Numbered from the stretch's first letter, positions 1 through 16,536 are shown. The stretch is DNA of 64,000 nucleotides from the human T2T-CHM13v2.0 reference genome, Homo sapiens (GCF_009914755.1 NC_060943.1); one strand, 5' to 3'. Made by a program: numbers and translations. Notes: a model not told the origin generated them from the letters alone.

Positions 1-374
<374 letters not shown>

Positions 375-784
375 TTAGCAGGGACTCTGCCTGTGCAAAT
401 GCATGGCACACATTCCCTCACCAACCACAGAAATAAAACAACAAACAGAGAAACATGTCTTTTAAGAGTGACAGCAGAATCTGCCCGGCTTATTTCACCT
501 AACATAACTTCCTGCAGTTCCATCCATGTTGCTGCAAATATCAGGATCTTTTTCTTTTTTAATGGCTGAATAGTACTCCCATCTGTATGGGCACCATATG
601 AACACTTAGGTTGATTCCATATCTTGGCTGTTGTGAACAGAGCTGCGAAATACATGGGAGTGCAGACATCTCTTCGGTATACAGATTTCCTTTTATTGGA
701 ATACACTTAGCAGTGGGATTGCTGGATTGTATGGTAGCTCGATTTTTAATGTTTTTCTTTTTTGTTTGTTTATTTTTATTTTAT

Positions 785-1080
785 TTTATTTTTTTTTTGA
801 GATGGAGTCTTACTCTGTTACCCAGGCTGGAGTGCAGTGGTATGATCTTAGCTCACTGCAAGCCTCTGCCTCCTGGGTTCAAGCCATTCTCTTGCCTCAG
901 CCTCCCAAGTAGCTGGGACTACAGGCACCCACCATCACGCCTGGCTGATTTTGTATTTTTAGTAGAGATGGAGTTTCACCATGTTGGCCAGGCTGGTCTT
1001 GAACTCCTGACTTCAGGTGATCTGCCTACCTCAGCCTCCCAAAGTGCTGGGATTACAGGCATAAGTCACTGCGCCTGGCC
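785..1080 (-). mobile_element. AluS
   Basis: Full antisense Alu. Confidence 0.9.
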
Positions 1081-1401
1081 TATTTCTACTTTTTTTTTTA
1101 AGGAAACTCCATATTGTTCCTCAAAGTGGCTCTACTAATATACATTACCACCAACAGTGTACAAAGGTTCCATGGGGGATTCTTTCAGATTGAGTGGTCA
1201 GAGAGGGCTTCTTTGAGAAGGCTTCTGAGAGTTGGCCATGAGAAGGTGTGGTGAGAAGCCTTCTCAGCTGAGGGAACAGCAAAGTAAAAGGCCCGGAGGT
1301 GAGAAAGCAAACTTGGCACCTTCCGGGAGCAAGCAGGCATTGCCTCTGATAATGTTTCCTCCTGGTAAAATGACAGCTCTGGGAGGGCAGGGTTCTTATT
1401 T

Positions 1402-1419
1402 CCTATCTATCTATCTATC

Positions 1420-1474
<55 letters not shown>

Positions 1475-1600
1475 ATCTATCATCTATCTATCTATCTATC
1501 TATCATCTATCTATCTATCATCTATCTATCTATCTATATCTATCTGTCTATCTAATCACCTATCTTTCTATGTATCTATCATCTATGTATCTATCCATCT
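1402..1600. repeat. Compound (TCTA)n/(TATC)n microsatellite
   Basis: Directly visible. Confidence 0.95.
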
Positions 1601-1644
1601 GTCTTTATTTATTTATAGAGTCAGAGTCTTGCTCTGTTGCCCAT

Positions 1645-2007
1645 TGTATTAGTCCGTTTTCATGCTGCTGATAAAAACATACCTTAGACTGGGTAATTTA
1701 TAAAGAAAAAGAGGTTTAATAAACTCACAGTTACACATGACTGGGGAGGCCTCACAATCATGCTGAAAGGCAAAAGTCACATCTTACATGGCGCTGGCAA
1801 GAGAGAGAATGAGAACCAAGTGAAAGGGGTTTTCCATTATAAAACCAACAGATCACATGAGACTTATTGACTAGTATGAGGACAGTATGGGGGAAACCAC
1901 CCCTATGATTCAATGATCTCCCACCGGGTCCCTCCCACAACATGTAGGGATTATGGCAGCTACAATTCAAGATGAGATTTGGATGGGGACACAGCAAAAC
2001 CATATCA
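1645..2007 (-). mobile_element. THE1 solo LTR inserted into an AluJ (Alu halves ~1605-1644 and 2008-2263)
   Basis: TGTATTAGTCC...CCATATCA ends; near-perfect 5-bp TSD CCCAT/CCCAG; Alu sequence resumes on both sides. Confidence 0.85.
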
Positions 2008-3702
2008 CCCAGACTGGAGTGCAGTGGTGTGATCATGGCTCATTGCGGCCTCCAACTCCTGGATTCAAGCAATCCTCCCATCTCAGCCTCCTGAGTAGTG
2101 AGGACTAAGTTTGTGACACCACCTCTGGCTAACTTTTAAATATTTTGAAAGGATGTAGTCTTGCTATTTTGCCCAGGCTGGTCTTGTACTCTTGGTCTGA
2201 AATGATCTCCCCATCTTGACGTCCCAAAGCACTGAGATTACAGGTGTGAGCCATTGCACCTGGCAGGTTCTCATTTACTTAATTATTACTGTTGTCATGG
2301 TTTGCTTTGGTCCCTGTGGGTTCCCCCACCCTCCAGAACAAGTGCCTGACATATAGTAGGGTTCACAATAAATATTTGTGGAGTAAATAAGAGCTGAGCC
2401 TTCAAGGGATCCAAAATACTTGCATGGAGTTTTTCTAGGTGGGTACAATGCCACCCAGCTGCATGACTATTTCAGGGTGTTCATTGGCTCCTTTGGGTGA
2501 TATTTTGACATCTATATAAGAACTCCCACTTCTCCAAATCTGGGGGCCACATCTTTAGAGTTCTCAGCTTCCCGTCTGTCAGGAATGAAGGAGATAATAT
2601 CACTGATTGGAGCCAGATTGTCTGGATGTTGAATCCCAGCTCCTTGCTGGTGCCCTTGAGAAGTGACTTAAGCCCTCTGTGTGCCTTATTTCTGCCTCTG
2701 TAAGCAGAGATCATCATAGCACCTCTAATGTGGGGCTGTTTGAAGATTCAGTGAGGTATGTGCAAAGAGCTTTTTGCACTTCCAAAAAGTGTCTGGGATA
2801 TCATTGTGCACTGTAAGAATGCACTGTAACAATTATCATTGAGTCTTCTTGTTGGGATTAAAAGAGATCAGGTCTGTCAGGGCCTGGTACAGAAGTGGTA
2901 TCAGAAAAATAATGACGTGCCGGCTGCTCACAAGGCTTCCCAGGCCAAGCTGGTGTGGGAAAGAGAGTTTCTGGAGTACCAGATGAGTTGGTCTCCCCTA
3001 TGTGAGACACCCATGGGGAGCCATGGGCGGCCTCTGAGGAGAAAAGTCTCCTTATTGTCTTTATGTCTTTATGCTCCCAGAGCATACCTGCTCAGCGGCA
3101 TTCCACAGGTTGCTCAGGGAGATAACACTTCCTTAAAGCAGTGAAGTACAATCAAACATCTTGGCTTCTTCTGAAACCCACTCCCACCCATTTCAGTCCT
3201 GATAAGATTTTAAGTAGTTTAGACACACGCCTTTGCTCAAGGAAATTCACAGAAACTGCCACTGCTCTACATCTTATTGAATAACTCACGAGTTCTCCTT
3301 CATTGATTAATCCTTTTTCTCATCCCTTCCTTGCCTTCTCATCTGCCCTAAGAACAAAGAGCTTGTAAGCCAATAAATTAGGCAGAGCCAAAGAGCTCTG
3401 GGCCATGAGCAAGCCTCTGACACTCTGGTCCCCCGGACCCACCTTTTAAATTCTCACTCTGTTTCTTTCTAACTCTTTAGTCTCCGTTGGACTCGCAGTA
3501 CCTGCAGGGTGGTGTGGGGCTGGTTTCCCCAACATCTGGCGCCCAACGTGGGACTCCCCGTTATCTCTACAAATAATCTGGTGAAGGAATGCTAGAGCAT
3601 GGAAAGTGGAAGATGACAGAAAAAGGGTGCCTGAATATGTTTTCACTTCAAGCTCTGTGGATAAGTAGTGTGCTTGGAGAATTCCACGGTAACCTCGGGA
3701 AA

Positions 3703-5570
3703 ACGGGTCAGGCTGAGAGTAAATTTGCTAATTACTTAAGCTTGGTGTGGCAGTTATTGTGCCACAGAGGGGCAATTGTGAGTACCCAAAATCTCACATC
3801 TTTGTTCCAGCTCATAGAAAAGTATTCCCCTTGGTTCCCGGAATATGGAACCATGAATGTAAAAGACTGCGACAAGTTCGGAGCAGACTTAAAATGAGCA
3901 CAACAAGAGGGCTACAATATTCCCTTGTCTGCTTGGTCTGTGTGGTCAGCAATCAAAATACCACTGGAGCCTTTCCACACTGAGGAGGATGAGAAGTTTC
4001 AGGATGACATAGAAAAGTTTAATAATCAGGAGTTTGATGATCTGCAAAGTGAACCATCACAGTTTAGTTTTAAAAAGGGGGAGAAAGGGATATATGCTAA
4101 CCTCCAAAAACTTATAGAAGAAACATTTCCACCTACTGCAGAAACAGTGCCACCCACTGCGCCTTTAGGGGAAGGTCCAGAATGGCCACCCCCGCCTCAG
4201 CCTTATGAATTTTTGGAATGGGAGCCTGAGACATGACTTGCTGCTCCCATTGTTGCATGCCCCACAATTAACTATGTTGAAGGGAAGCTTCAGGCTCACC
4301 CAACAGCCAATTATGGTGAGGGAATGATCCAGGCTTGTCCACCTTTTAATTATGGTAGAGGAATGCTGTGAGCAGGTCCAAATACAAATTACGGTGCAGG
4401 GACAATCCAGGCATCTATTTACCAGGCATGAGATGTGGGGGATTTGGATGCTTGGCAGTTTCTGGTAATTATTTCTCCAGCTGAGGAGCCCAGACAACAT
4501 GCTGAAGCATGCTGGGAGCCATTTCCTTTTAAAATATTAAAAGACTTAAAGCAAGCAATTGGACAATATGGGCCAAATTCTCCTTAGGTTCATTCCTTGT
4601 TACAATCTGTGGCTTATAACAGGCATTTAATACCTATGGATTGGGAGGCATTAGCCCACTCTACCCTGTCCCCCACTGAGTTTCTCCAATTTAAAACCTG
4701 GCGGACAGATCAAGCAACAACAAATCAGGCATGCAGAAATGCTCAAGCCCAACCTCCTGTTAATATCACATCTGATCACTTGCTTGGAATCAGACAGGCA
4801 TGGGGTACTCTAAATTGACAGATGGTAATGGGTGATGAGACTGTTGATCAGCTCAGAACTATATGCCTCAGAGCCTGGGAAAAAATTCACGACCCTGGTA
4901 CTACTTATACTTCTTTTAACTCAGTTCAACAGGGTCCAAAGGAGCCTTATCCAGATTTTATCACCCATTTGCAAGACACGGCTCAAAAGGCTATTTTGGA
5001 TTCTCATGTCAGGAAAGTGATAGTTCAGCTGCTTGCTTATGAAAATGCTGATACAGAATGTCAGGCAGAAATTAGACCTATTAAGGGAAAGGCAGATCTA
5101 AATGAGGAAAAAACTTTAAGTGAATACATTAAAGCCTGTGATGGCATTGGAGGCACTTGAATAAGGCCAGCCTTCTTGCTCCGGCAATGGCTAGACTAAG
5201 GGTAACAAAAAACATATGAGTGTTCCCCAGATCTTGCTATAATTGTGGACAGATAGGACATACAAAAAGAGAGTGTACAAAGAGCCAAAAAAGGCAAAAC
5301 TCAGGAGGAAAAAGCAGGGAACCAGGTACCTGTCCCAGATGTAAAAAAGGAAAACACTGGGCTAATCACTGTCATTCAAAGTTTGATAACAGCGGACAGC
5401 CCTTGCCAGGAAATGGACAGAGGGGCCAGCCACAGGCCCTAATTCAAAATGGGGCATTCCCAATTCAGGACAGGACGTCCCTGACTACAAATGGGGTGTT
5501 CCCAGCCCAGTCTTTCCCTGTACAAATGTGCAGCAATTGTTCCCCTCCACAGCTAAAAGTGGGGCAGTAG
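3703..5570 (+). pseudogene. HERV-K gag remnant
   Basis: ACG-GQAESKFANYL matrix start (ATG mutated to ACG); MHR-like QGPKEPYPDF; [14 protein letters not shown] and [14 protein letters not shown]; several stops. Confidence 0.9.
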
Positions 5571-6058
5571 ATTTATGCTGTACTGAAGCTGTATCCCTCC
5601 TTCCTGGGGAGCCTCCTAGGAAGGTCCCAATGGGAGCTTATGACCCATTGCCAGATGGCAAGGTGGGAAGGTCCAACTTAAATTTAAAGGCAATTCAAGT
5701 ACACACTGGAGTAGTGGACTCTGATTGCCAGGGAGAAATTCAAATTGTTATCTCCTCCACTGTTCCCTGGAGTGCTAATCCAGGTGACAGAATAGCTCAA
5801 CTGTGGCTTTTACTGTATATTAATTTAGAAGAAAGCTCAGAAAAAAGAACAGAATAATTTGGAAGCACAAATTCAGCAGGCAAGCCTCCCTATTGGTAAA
5901 TCAAGTCTCTGACAATAGATCTATTTGTATGGTCACTATTCAAGGAAAACAATTTGAGGGTGTGGTCGACACAGGAGCAGATGTGTCCATCATAGCTCTT
6001 TATCAATGACCAAAAAAGTGGCCCAAACAAAAGGCCCCAGTGGGTCTTGTTGGGGTTG
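5560..6058 (+). pseudogene. HERV-K pro remnant (dUTPase + protease)
   Basis: GRSNLNLKAIQVHTGVVDSD...GDRIAQL dUTPase motifs; GVVDTGADVS protease active site near 5958-5988. Confidence 0.88.
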
Positions 6059-6195
6059 AGGGTTTGCTTGTATCTCACCAGGAGAGAATCAGCTTCCTGT
6101 CTGGGTACCCACAAGACATCTTAAGTTGTGCCATGAGCCAGAACCCAAGGAAGAGGAAAAGACCTCGGAATGTCTCTGCACCCCCAGTTCATCAG

Positions 6196-7490
6196 ATGGC
6201 TCAGATGAACATCTCTGTTGAGCAGATGGAAACCAGTAAAACTCACCAAGCAACTCCACTGACCTGGGGGCAGATGAAGAGACTAGCTCACGTTGCAGAA
6301 GAGAACCTGAGGTCTCAGAACAAGCCGCTGACCACCAGTAATCTAATGGTAGCTATGATGGTGGTAATCTCCTTGGTGTGTCACCTTGTAGCTGAGGCAG
6401 ATCAAAATTACACTTATTGGACCTAAATTCCATTCCCACCACTGATTAGGCCTATTACATTGTTAGACCCCCCAGTGGAGGTTTATATTAATGATAGTGT
6501 CTGGATGCCTGGACCAACAGACAACCAAGGTCCTACTCATCCAGAGGAGGAAGGAATGTTGTAGCCATGACCTTTAATCAGATGGTCCCATTGCAGAGTT
6601 GTGTTAAACCTCCTTTTATGTTGGCAGTGGGAAAAATTAATATCCTAGCTGATTCTCAAACCATATCATGCCTCAACTGTCATCTTTTTACCTGCATTAA
6701 TTCTACCTTTAATAAAGATAATAGCATGTTACTGTTTAGGGCCCGAGAAGGAGTTTGGATACCTGTTCCCCTCAATAGACCTTGGGAGGCCTCTCCCTCT
6801 ATACATATTATCACTGAAGTACTAAAAGGAATACTTAATAGATCAAAATGATTCATATTTACTTTAATAGCTGTGATCATGGGCCGTATAGCTGTCACAG
6901 CTACTGCTGCTGCTGCTGGTGTTGCTTTGCACTCTTCTATTCAAACTGTGGGCTTTGTGGATAGTTGGCAGAAAAATTCTTCTAAGCTTTGGAATTCCCA
7001 AAGCCAAATAGATCAAAAATTGGCAAATCAAATTAGTGATCTCCGTCAAACAGTAATTTGGATGGGAGATTGGATTATGAGCTTGGAGCAATGTGATTGG
7101 AATACTTCTGATTTTTATATTACTTCTAGCTTTTATAATGCCACTGTACACCATTGGGAGATGATTAGATGTAACCCACAAGGAAAAGAAGATAATTTAA
7201 CCCTAGATATTGCTAAACTGAAAAAACAACTTTTTGAGGTATCTCAGGCTCGTCTCAACCTGTTGCTCGGAGCTGATATTCTTGCTGGAGCCACTGATGG
7301 CCTTTCTAATACCAATCCTTTAAAGTGGATTAAAACCATAGCTGGATCAACAATTGCAAATTTTATTTTGGTTTACGTATGTTTATGCTGTTTGTTTTTA
7401 GTCTACAGATGCAGACGACGCCTTCGGAGAGAAGCCAGACACTGTGAACGAGACATGATAGTAATAGCGGTTATTAATAAAAAAAATTAA
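6196..7490 (+). pseudogene. HERV-K env remnant
   Basis: TPLTWGQMKRL signal-peptide region; furin site RSKR reduced to RSK-stop (6849-6851); fusion peptide [24 protein letters not shown]; TM ORF 6873-7490; SU internally deleted near 6560. Confidence 0.88.
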
Positions 7491-7979
7491 TAGAGACAAA
7501 AAAAGGGAGACCTGCGGGAAAAAGAGTTTCTGGAGTGCCAGATGAGTTGGTCTCCCCCGTGTGAGACACCCATGGGGAGCCATGGGCAGCCTCTAAGGAG
7601 AAAAGTCTCCTTATTGCCTTCATGTCCTTATGCCCTGAGAGCATAACCGCTCAGTGGCATTTCACAGGTTGATCAGGGAGATAGCACTCCCTAGAAGCAG
7701 TGGAGTATAATCAAACATCTTGGTTTCTCCTGAAACCCACTCCCACCCATTTCAGTTCTGATAAGTTAAAGATCTTAAGTAGTTTAGACACGCCTTTGCT
7801 CAAGGAAATACACAGAAATCGCCACTGCTGTTCATCTTATTGAATGACTCACGAGTTCTCCTTCATTGATTAATCCTTTTCCTCATCCCTTCCTCACCCT
7901 CCCATCTGCCCTAAGAACAAAGAGCTTGTAAACCAATAAATTAGGCAGAGCCAAAGAGCTCTGGGCCTCTGACGCTCTG

Positions 7980-9260
7980 TACTTCTCTGACTCTCTCCTC
8001 TGAGTCTCTTTTTCTCACTTGTCTAAGTCTATCCAGGGCTCTGGGTCTGTCTGTATCTGCATTTACACCTTTCGGAGTGAGCATCTCTCTAGCTGTCCAC
8101 CTCTTCCTTTCTCTGTGTGTGCCTCTTTCCATCTCTCTCTGCTTCTCCCTCTAGCAGTGTCCTGTGTCTTTCTCAGATTCCTTCTCCCTGTTTCACTGGG
8201 TCCCAGTTATTCCCTCCATCCCTTCCCACCTTCTTCCCTCCCTCCCTCTCCTTCCCCTCCTTCCCTCCCTTCCTCTCCCCCTTCTCTCTCTCTGGCACTT
8301 TGTCTTTCTTTCTCTCTCTGTCTCTCCCTGGTTCTTTCTGTCTCTCCCTTTCTTTCCATCTCTCCCTGGTGCTCTCTCTCTCTCTCCATCTCTCTTTCCT
8401 CTCCCCATCTCTCCCTGTCTCCATCTCTTCTTTGTGTCCTCTGTCTTTCTGTCTCTCTCTCTTCTCTCTCTCTCTTAATCTGTCTCAACACCCCATGTCT
8501 CCCTGGTGCTCTCGGTCTCTCTCTTTCTCAGTCTCTCTGTCTCTCTCCATTCCCCTCCCTCTCTCCTTGGTGCTCTTTGTCCTTCTTTCTCTGTCTCTCT
8601 TTCTCTCCCATCTCCCCCTGGTGCTATCTGTCTCTCTTTCTCTCCATCTCTCTCTCTACATCTCTTTCTCTGTCTCTCTCTCTTGCCATCTCTCCCTGGT
8701 GCTCTCTGTCTCTCTCTCTCTCTTCATCTCTCTCACCCCCCCATCTCTCACTGGTGCTCTTAATCTCTCTTTCTCTCTCTCCATCTCTCTGTCTCCCTCC
8801 TCCCCTCTCCATCTCTCCTTGGGGTTCCTTGTCTCTCTTTCTCTCTCTGTCCATCTCTCTCTGTCTTCTCTCTCTCTCCCTCTCTGTCTCTGTCTTTCTC
8901 TCTCTCTCTCTCTCCCATCTCTCCCTGGTGATATCTGTCTCCTTTTCTCTCTATCTGTCTCTCTCTTTCCTCTCTCTCTCTCTCCATCTCTCTCTGTCTC
9001 TTTCTCTCCTGCATCTCTCCTTGGTGCTCTCAATCTCTCTTTCTCTCTCTCCATCTCTCTGTCTCTCTCCTCCCCTGTCTATCTCTCCTTGGTGTTTTTG
9101 TCTCCCTTTCTCTCTCTTCTCTCTCTCTCTCCATCTCTCTCTGTCTCCCCCATCTCTCCCTGGTGCTCTCTCTCTCTCTTGCTTTCTGTCCCCCTGGAAC
9201 CTTTGTCTCTTTCTCTCTTCTTACCCATGCTCTTTGCCCACATACCTCTCCTTCTGGCTC
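7980..9260. repeat. ~1.3-kb CT-rich polypyrimidine tract with recurring CATCTCTCCCTGGTGCTCT unit
   Basis: Directly visible. Confidence 0.9.
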
Positions 9261-10030
9261 TCTGCCTGTGGGAAGGAGTAAGGCGGAGGTGATTATGTAA
9301 TTGTCATTATTCCAGAGGGTGGGGTGAGGGATGAGGAGGAGATCAGGAAGGAATACTTTCTTTCTTCTCACCTATCCATCAACCTGGCCTCATAGACACC
9401 TCCCCCAGCTCCATGGCTACTGAATTGGGTGGGTAGGTCAGATCACTGCCTCCCTTCCCCAGGGAAGGTCAGAGAATGAATCGTACAGAACCAGAGGGAT
9501 TGAGGGGCTCAGGCTGGGAGACAGGCTGCAGTCAGGTGGAGCTTCCCAAAGGAGACAGGCAGGCCTCAGGGCTCTCCCTCAGCTGCCAGAAAAGGTGAAA
9601 AGCAGTGGAATCAAGATGCCAGTGGAGGCTTTGGGGAGCTCCCAACTCAGCTGGGCTGAGGACTGAGGAATCCAGTTTCTAAAACACCAAAACAGAGACC
9701 TTTGAGAGCAGAAGGAGGGATGCCTGGCTTCCTTCCCAGCCCTCTGGCTCTGGAATTCAACAAGAGAGAAAGGGCTTTGCTGCTTGTCCCCTTTTGGGTG
9801 TGTGTGTGTGGGCACTTCTTGGTCACTATAGTGAACCTGAAAATTCCATAAGTCATTACCCCACCTACTAGAGAAAAATGCAAAAGATTTACACTCCCAG
9901 CACCTACACTTCAGCACTAGGGATCTCCTCACCCTAGCCACAGGTCTCAGTATCTCTTACCCACTTCCTGATATATTTGAGCCTGTCCCGGGCTGTCGAG
10001 GCAGGCTCACCACACTCTTTCCATCCTTCA

Positions 10031-10077
<47 letters not shown>
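10031..10077. repeat. (ATCT)n microsatellite followed by degenerate (ATCC)-rich tract
   Basis: Directly visible. Confidence 0.9.
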
Positions 10078-11002
10078 CTTTTAATTTTCATCCTTCTGTC
10101 CATATGTCCACAAATTCATCAAAAAATCCATTAATTATTTCTTCTATATAAATATCTTTTGCTCTATTATCTATACATGTACCAATTAACTTTCCATTTA
10201 TCCATCTATCCAATATTCCATCCATCCATTCATTAACCCTTCCATCATTCAACAACTTATTAATATTTACATCCACCTTTCCAATTATTATTCATCTATT
10301 TCAATCCATCCATCAATTAACCCTTCACCCATCTATTAAATCTTTCATCCATCCACCCGTTAGTCATTCTAGTCATAAATGCTTCCTTACATCCATCCAT
10401 CAATCGAGATAATTTCATTAAATTTCCATTAAATTTCTAGTGCATTGGAATAAGACTCAATCCACACTTCTGGTAATCTCTAAATGTTTCTTACTACACA
10501 GTAACCCCTTTTGTGTAGGCATATCAATGTACAGGTGTGAGCTTCTGTGTACACATATGTGCATGTATCCAGAGAATCCAAGTGGTGTCTAGAAAATAGA
10601 ATTAACATCCCCATTCCAGGGCAGTCTATATGACATTCTCGCAATACCTCCTCCCACTTTCCTATGCATTCATCCACTTATTTATATATGTAAGAAGGTT
10701 CAGGTCTCCTTCCTGTAAGAAACACTCTTTACTCTGCCCCTATCATTCCTAGACTGATTCCCCTTTCCTCCAACTCAGTCTGGACTTTTGTTTTTTTTGG
10801 GGGGGGATCCTGCAGGGAGAGAACCTTACTCTCTTGATTTCTTGATTGAACCTTGAAGGTTGGGAGTGGCTTCCTTGACAGCACAGTCTAGAGCTTTCAT
10901 AATCCCTCCCTATCACTGTCTAGCACAGACTTGAACACAGGAGGGGAGGCAGGCAGAAGCATGAGACTGAGATGTAGCTCTGGCCAAAGGAGAACGACAG
11001 AG

Positions 11003-11094
11003 GTGTAGCTCTGGCCAATGGAGAATGATGGAAGATTCTTTGATGCTTCTCCAGGAAGCCAGCTACCTACTGGAGGAGTTCCAGAAGACCAAGG
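11003..11094 (+). pseudogene. Decayed CYP2 exon 3 remnant (CYP2G-like)
   Basis: ag|GT GTA GCT CTG GCC AAT GGA GAA TGA TGG AAG ATT CTT TGA TGC TTC TCC = GVALANGE*WKIL*CFS, then EASYLLEEFQKTK-G. Same phase-1 ends as CYP2B6 exon 3, but 92 nt vs 150 nt. Confidence 0.8.
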
Positions 11095-11259
11095 GCTTGG
11101 GGGCCACAGGGGGAGGGCTACTAGGTGACTATGTGGTTATGGAGAACTCAGTCATGAGAAGATGGGCCTTACTGGGAGAAAGCTTTGGAATGGGAGAAAA
11201 GGGAAAATATTAAGAATTCACTGAGCTTTCTGGCCAGGTTTCATATTAAACTTAACGTA

Positions 11260-11437
11260 AGCTGGGTGCAGTGGCACACACTTGTAGTCCCAGCTACTCA
11301 GGAAGATGAGGCAAGAGGATCACTTGAGCCTGGGAGGTCAAGGCTGCAGTGAGCTATGAATGTGCTATTGTACTTCAGCCTGGGAGATAGAGTGAGACCC
11401 AGTCTCAAAAACAAACAAACAAAAACAAACAAAAAAC
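11260..11437 (+). mobile_element. AluJ/FRAM monomer
   Basis: Alu monomer with A-rich tail. Confidence 0.8.
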
Positions 11438-13470
11438 ATACCAGTTAATGTGGAAGAGACTTAGAGTCCACTTGTCTAGAAACCCTAATCCTTGTCATCA
11501 CTCTAAAATGTGAAACAAACATTTCACACTCTGACCACAACCACTAGGTCCCCAACTCCTTCACTGCATCACTGCCAATAGCCTGAGGCATACACTGGCC
11601 AACTAGGTCTTTGGGTAAGGTTCCAAAGAATGCAAAAACTGTAAAAGGTCAAGGCTCCCTCCTGGTAAAAGACTGTTTAAAATAACATTTCAAAATCTTG
11701 CGTTACATACAGGGAAGTTTTTCAAGAGCCATAAGAAATTACGGGCAGCTTTTCTAATGTCTCATAAAGAAAAGAGGTGGGGCATGACAGTCCAAAGAAG
11801 TGATTAAAAGCATAAAATTTACAGTCACAAGATCATACCCAGGCTCTGCCCTCATTAGCTGTGGAAGCCAGAAGCAAGTCATTTACAACTTTTGGGGCTT
11901 TACCTAACTCATTTGCAAAATGAAGATGACAAAATCAACCTCACAGACTTAAAATCATGCTCTTAAAAACTTCACACAGTTCTTTTTTTATATATAAGAG
12001 AAATAGAGGTGGGCTAGGGCTATGTTTGAATTCAAACACAGACAGGTACAGGCAAATATCTGATGTTAATATGTACACAGCATGGCCCATGTGTCTGCAT
12101 ACAGACACCAGAATGCATGCACAAAAACATCCATACGCTTGTATGTAGTCAACCTGTTGTGCACACGTACACACAAATGTGAATATGCACATTTGTTGAA
12201 TATCCACATCTAGCTGGACCCAGAAAAGCACGTCATAGACCTCCCCCAAGTGGCATATCCCAAAGCACATGTGCACTCAGGCGACATGCACAGACAGACC
12301 CAGAGACTGGCAAGCATTCAGGAACAGTGGCATGAACACACATGCACCTCATCAGGTACTCACACAAATGTGCTTGGGCAGACATAAGTTGGAAAGGATG
12401 CCCACTTATCAAGCACAAACACACACCCCACAAAGCCTGGCGCATGCATAAATTCATCTATCAACAGGGACATGCTGAAACATACATGCACACAGAAACC
12501 TCAAGCATGCACCCAGAGTGACACACACACACACACACACAGATGTATAAATAAGGGTAAAAATGGCAGAGGCATCTAGGATAAACCATTGGACAAAATG
12601 ACACAAACATGCAAAAATGCACTTGCACAAAGGGCAGTTGAGGGGAAGGTTGTCTTGCAGGGAAGAAGAAAGAGAAAGACAGAAAGACAAGATCATAGAC
12701 AAGGGGAGAGAGACAGGTGGGCAAAGTCCTATGCAGGTCTCCAGGCCATCTAGAATAGTATGAGAGTCTAATGCTTGCCTGTCCTCTTGCAGAAACTTAA
12801 ATTGGTGAATATGGTAAATTTTATACTATGTGGGTTTTTTTAACCACCATAGAAATATATAAATATAATGAAATCTGAGCTAATCTCCAAAAAAAAAAAG
12901 GCACAATGTCACATATGACCAAAATCTGCATATGCTATCAGGAGCTCACAGACTCCCTGAGATCCACTGATTAAAGTTTTTTTTTGTTTTTATTTTTGTT
13001 TTATTTATTATTTTTATTATACTTTAAGTGTTAGAGTATATGTGCACAACGTGCAGGGTTGATAGATACATCTACATGCATTGTGTTGGTTTGCTCCACC
13101 CATTAACACATCATTTACATTAGGTATTTCTCCTAATACTATCCCTCTCTCATTCCCCCACCCCACGACAGGCCCCAGTGTGTGTTGTTCCCTGTCCTGT
13201 GTCCAAATGATCTCATTGTTCAATTCCCACTTATGAGTGACAACATGTGGTGTTTGGTTTTCTGTCCTTGTGACAGTTTGCTCAGAACGATGGTTTCCAG
13301 CTTCATCCATGTCGCTACAAAGGACATGAACTCATCCTTTTTTATGGCTGCATAGTATTCCATGGTGTATATGTGCCACATTTTCTTAACCCAGTCTACC
13401 ATTGGTGGGCATTTGGGTTGGTTCCAAGTCTTTGCTATTGTGAATAGTGCTTCAGTAAACATAAGTTTCA

Positions 13471-16431
<2,961 letters not shown>

Positions 16432-16536
16432 CCCTTTATAATTTTTTATTGCATCTGTTTGATTCTTCTCTCTATTCTTTAGTCTTCCTAGTGGTCTATG
16501 AATTCTGTGATCTTTTCAAAAAAACCAACTCCTTTA

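Larger units (their letters stand above)
2954..7979 (+). mobile_element. HERV-K (betaretrovirus-like, LTR14/HERV-K14-type, probably HML-9 or HML-1) provirus with pol deletion
   Basis: 5' LTR 2954-3534 (TG...CA); tRNA-Lys PBS TGGCGCCCAACGTGGGAC 3537-3554; gag with two CCHC knuckles; dUTPase/protease (VDTGAD); env TM; PPT 7498-7510; 3' LTR from 7513. Subfamily from recall. Confidence 0.9.

Noticed and set aside
611-1138. Alu/L1-derived ORFs (this and many similar)
   Set aside because: Standard antisense-Alu translations (LECSG..., [13 protein letters not shown]).
6873-7490. 205-aa HERV-K env TM ORF as a functional protein
   Set aside because: Upstream stop at the furin site, deleted SU, no attached signal peptide.
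8019-9292. 420-aa and 391-aa Ser/Leu-rich ORFs
   Set aside because: Artefact of a C/T tract that can hardly form stop codons; low complexity and no gene signals.
11940-12730. CA-rich stretch resembling the proximal promoter region 39610-39950
   Set aside because: Only short shared words (e.g. tgcataaattca) in low-complexity sequence; collinearity could not be established by eye.
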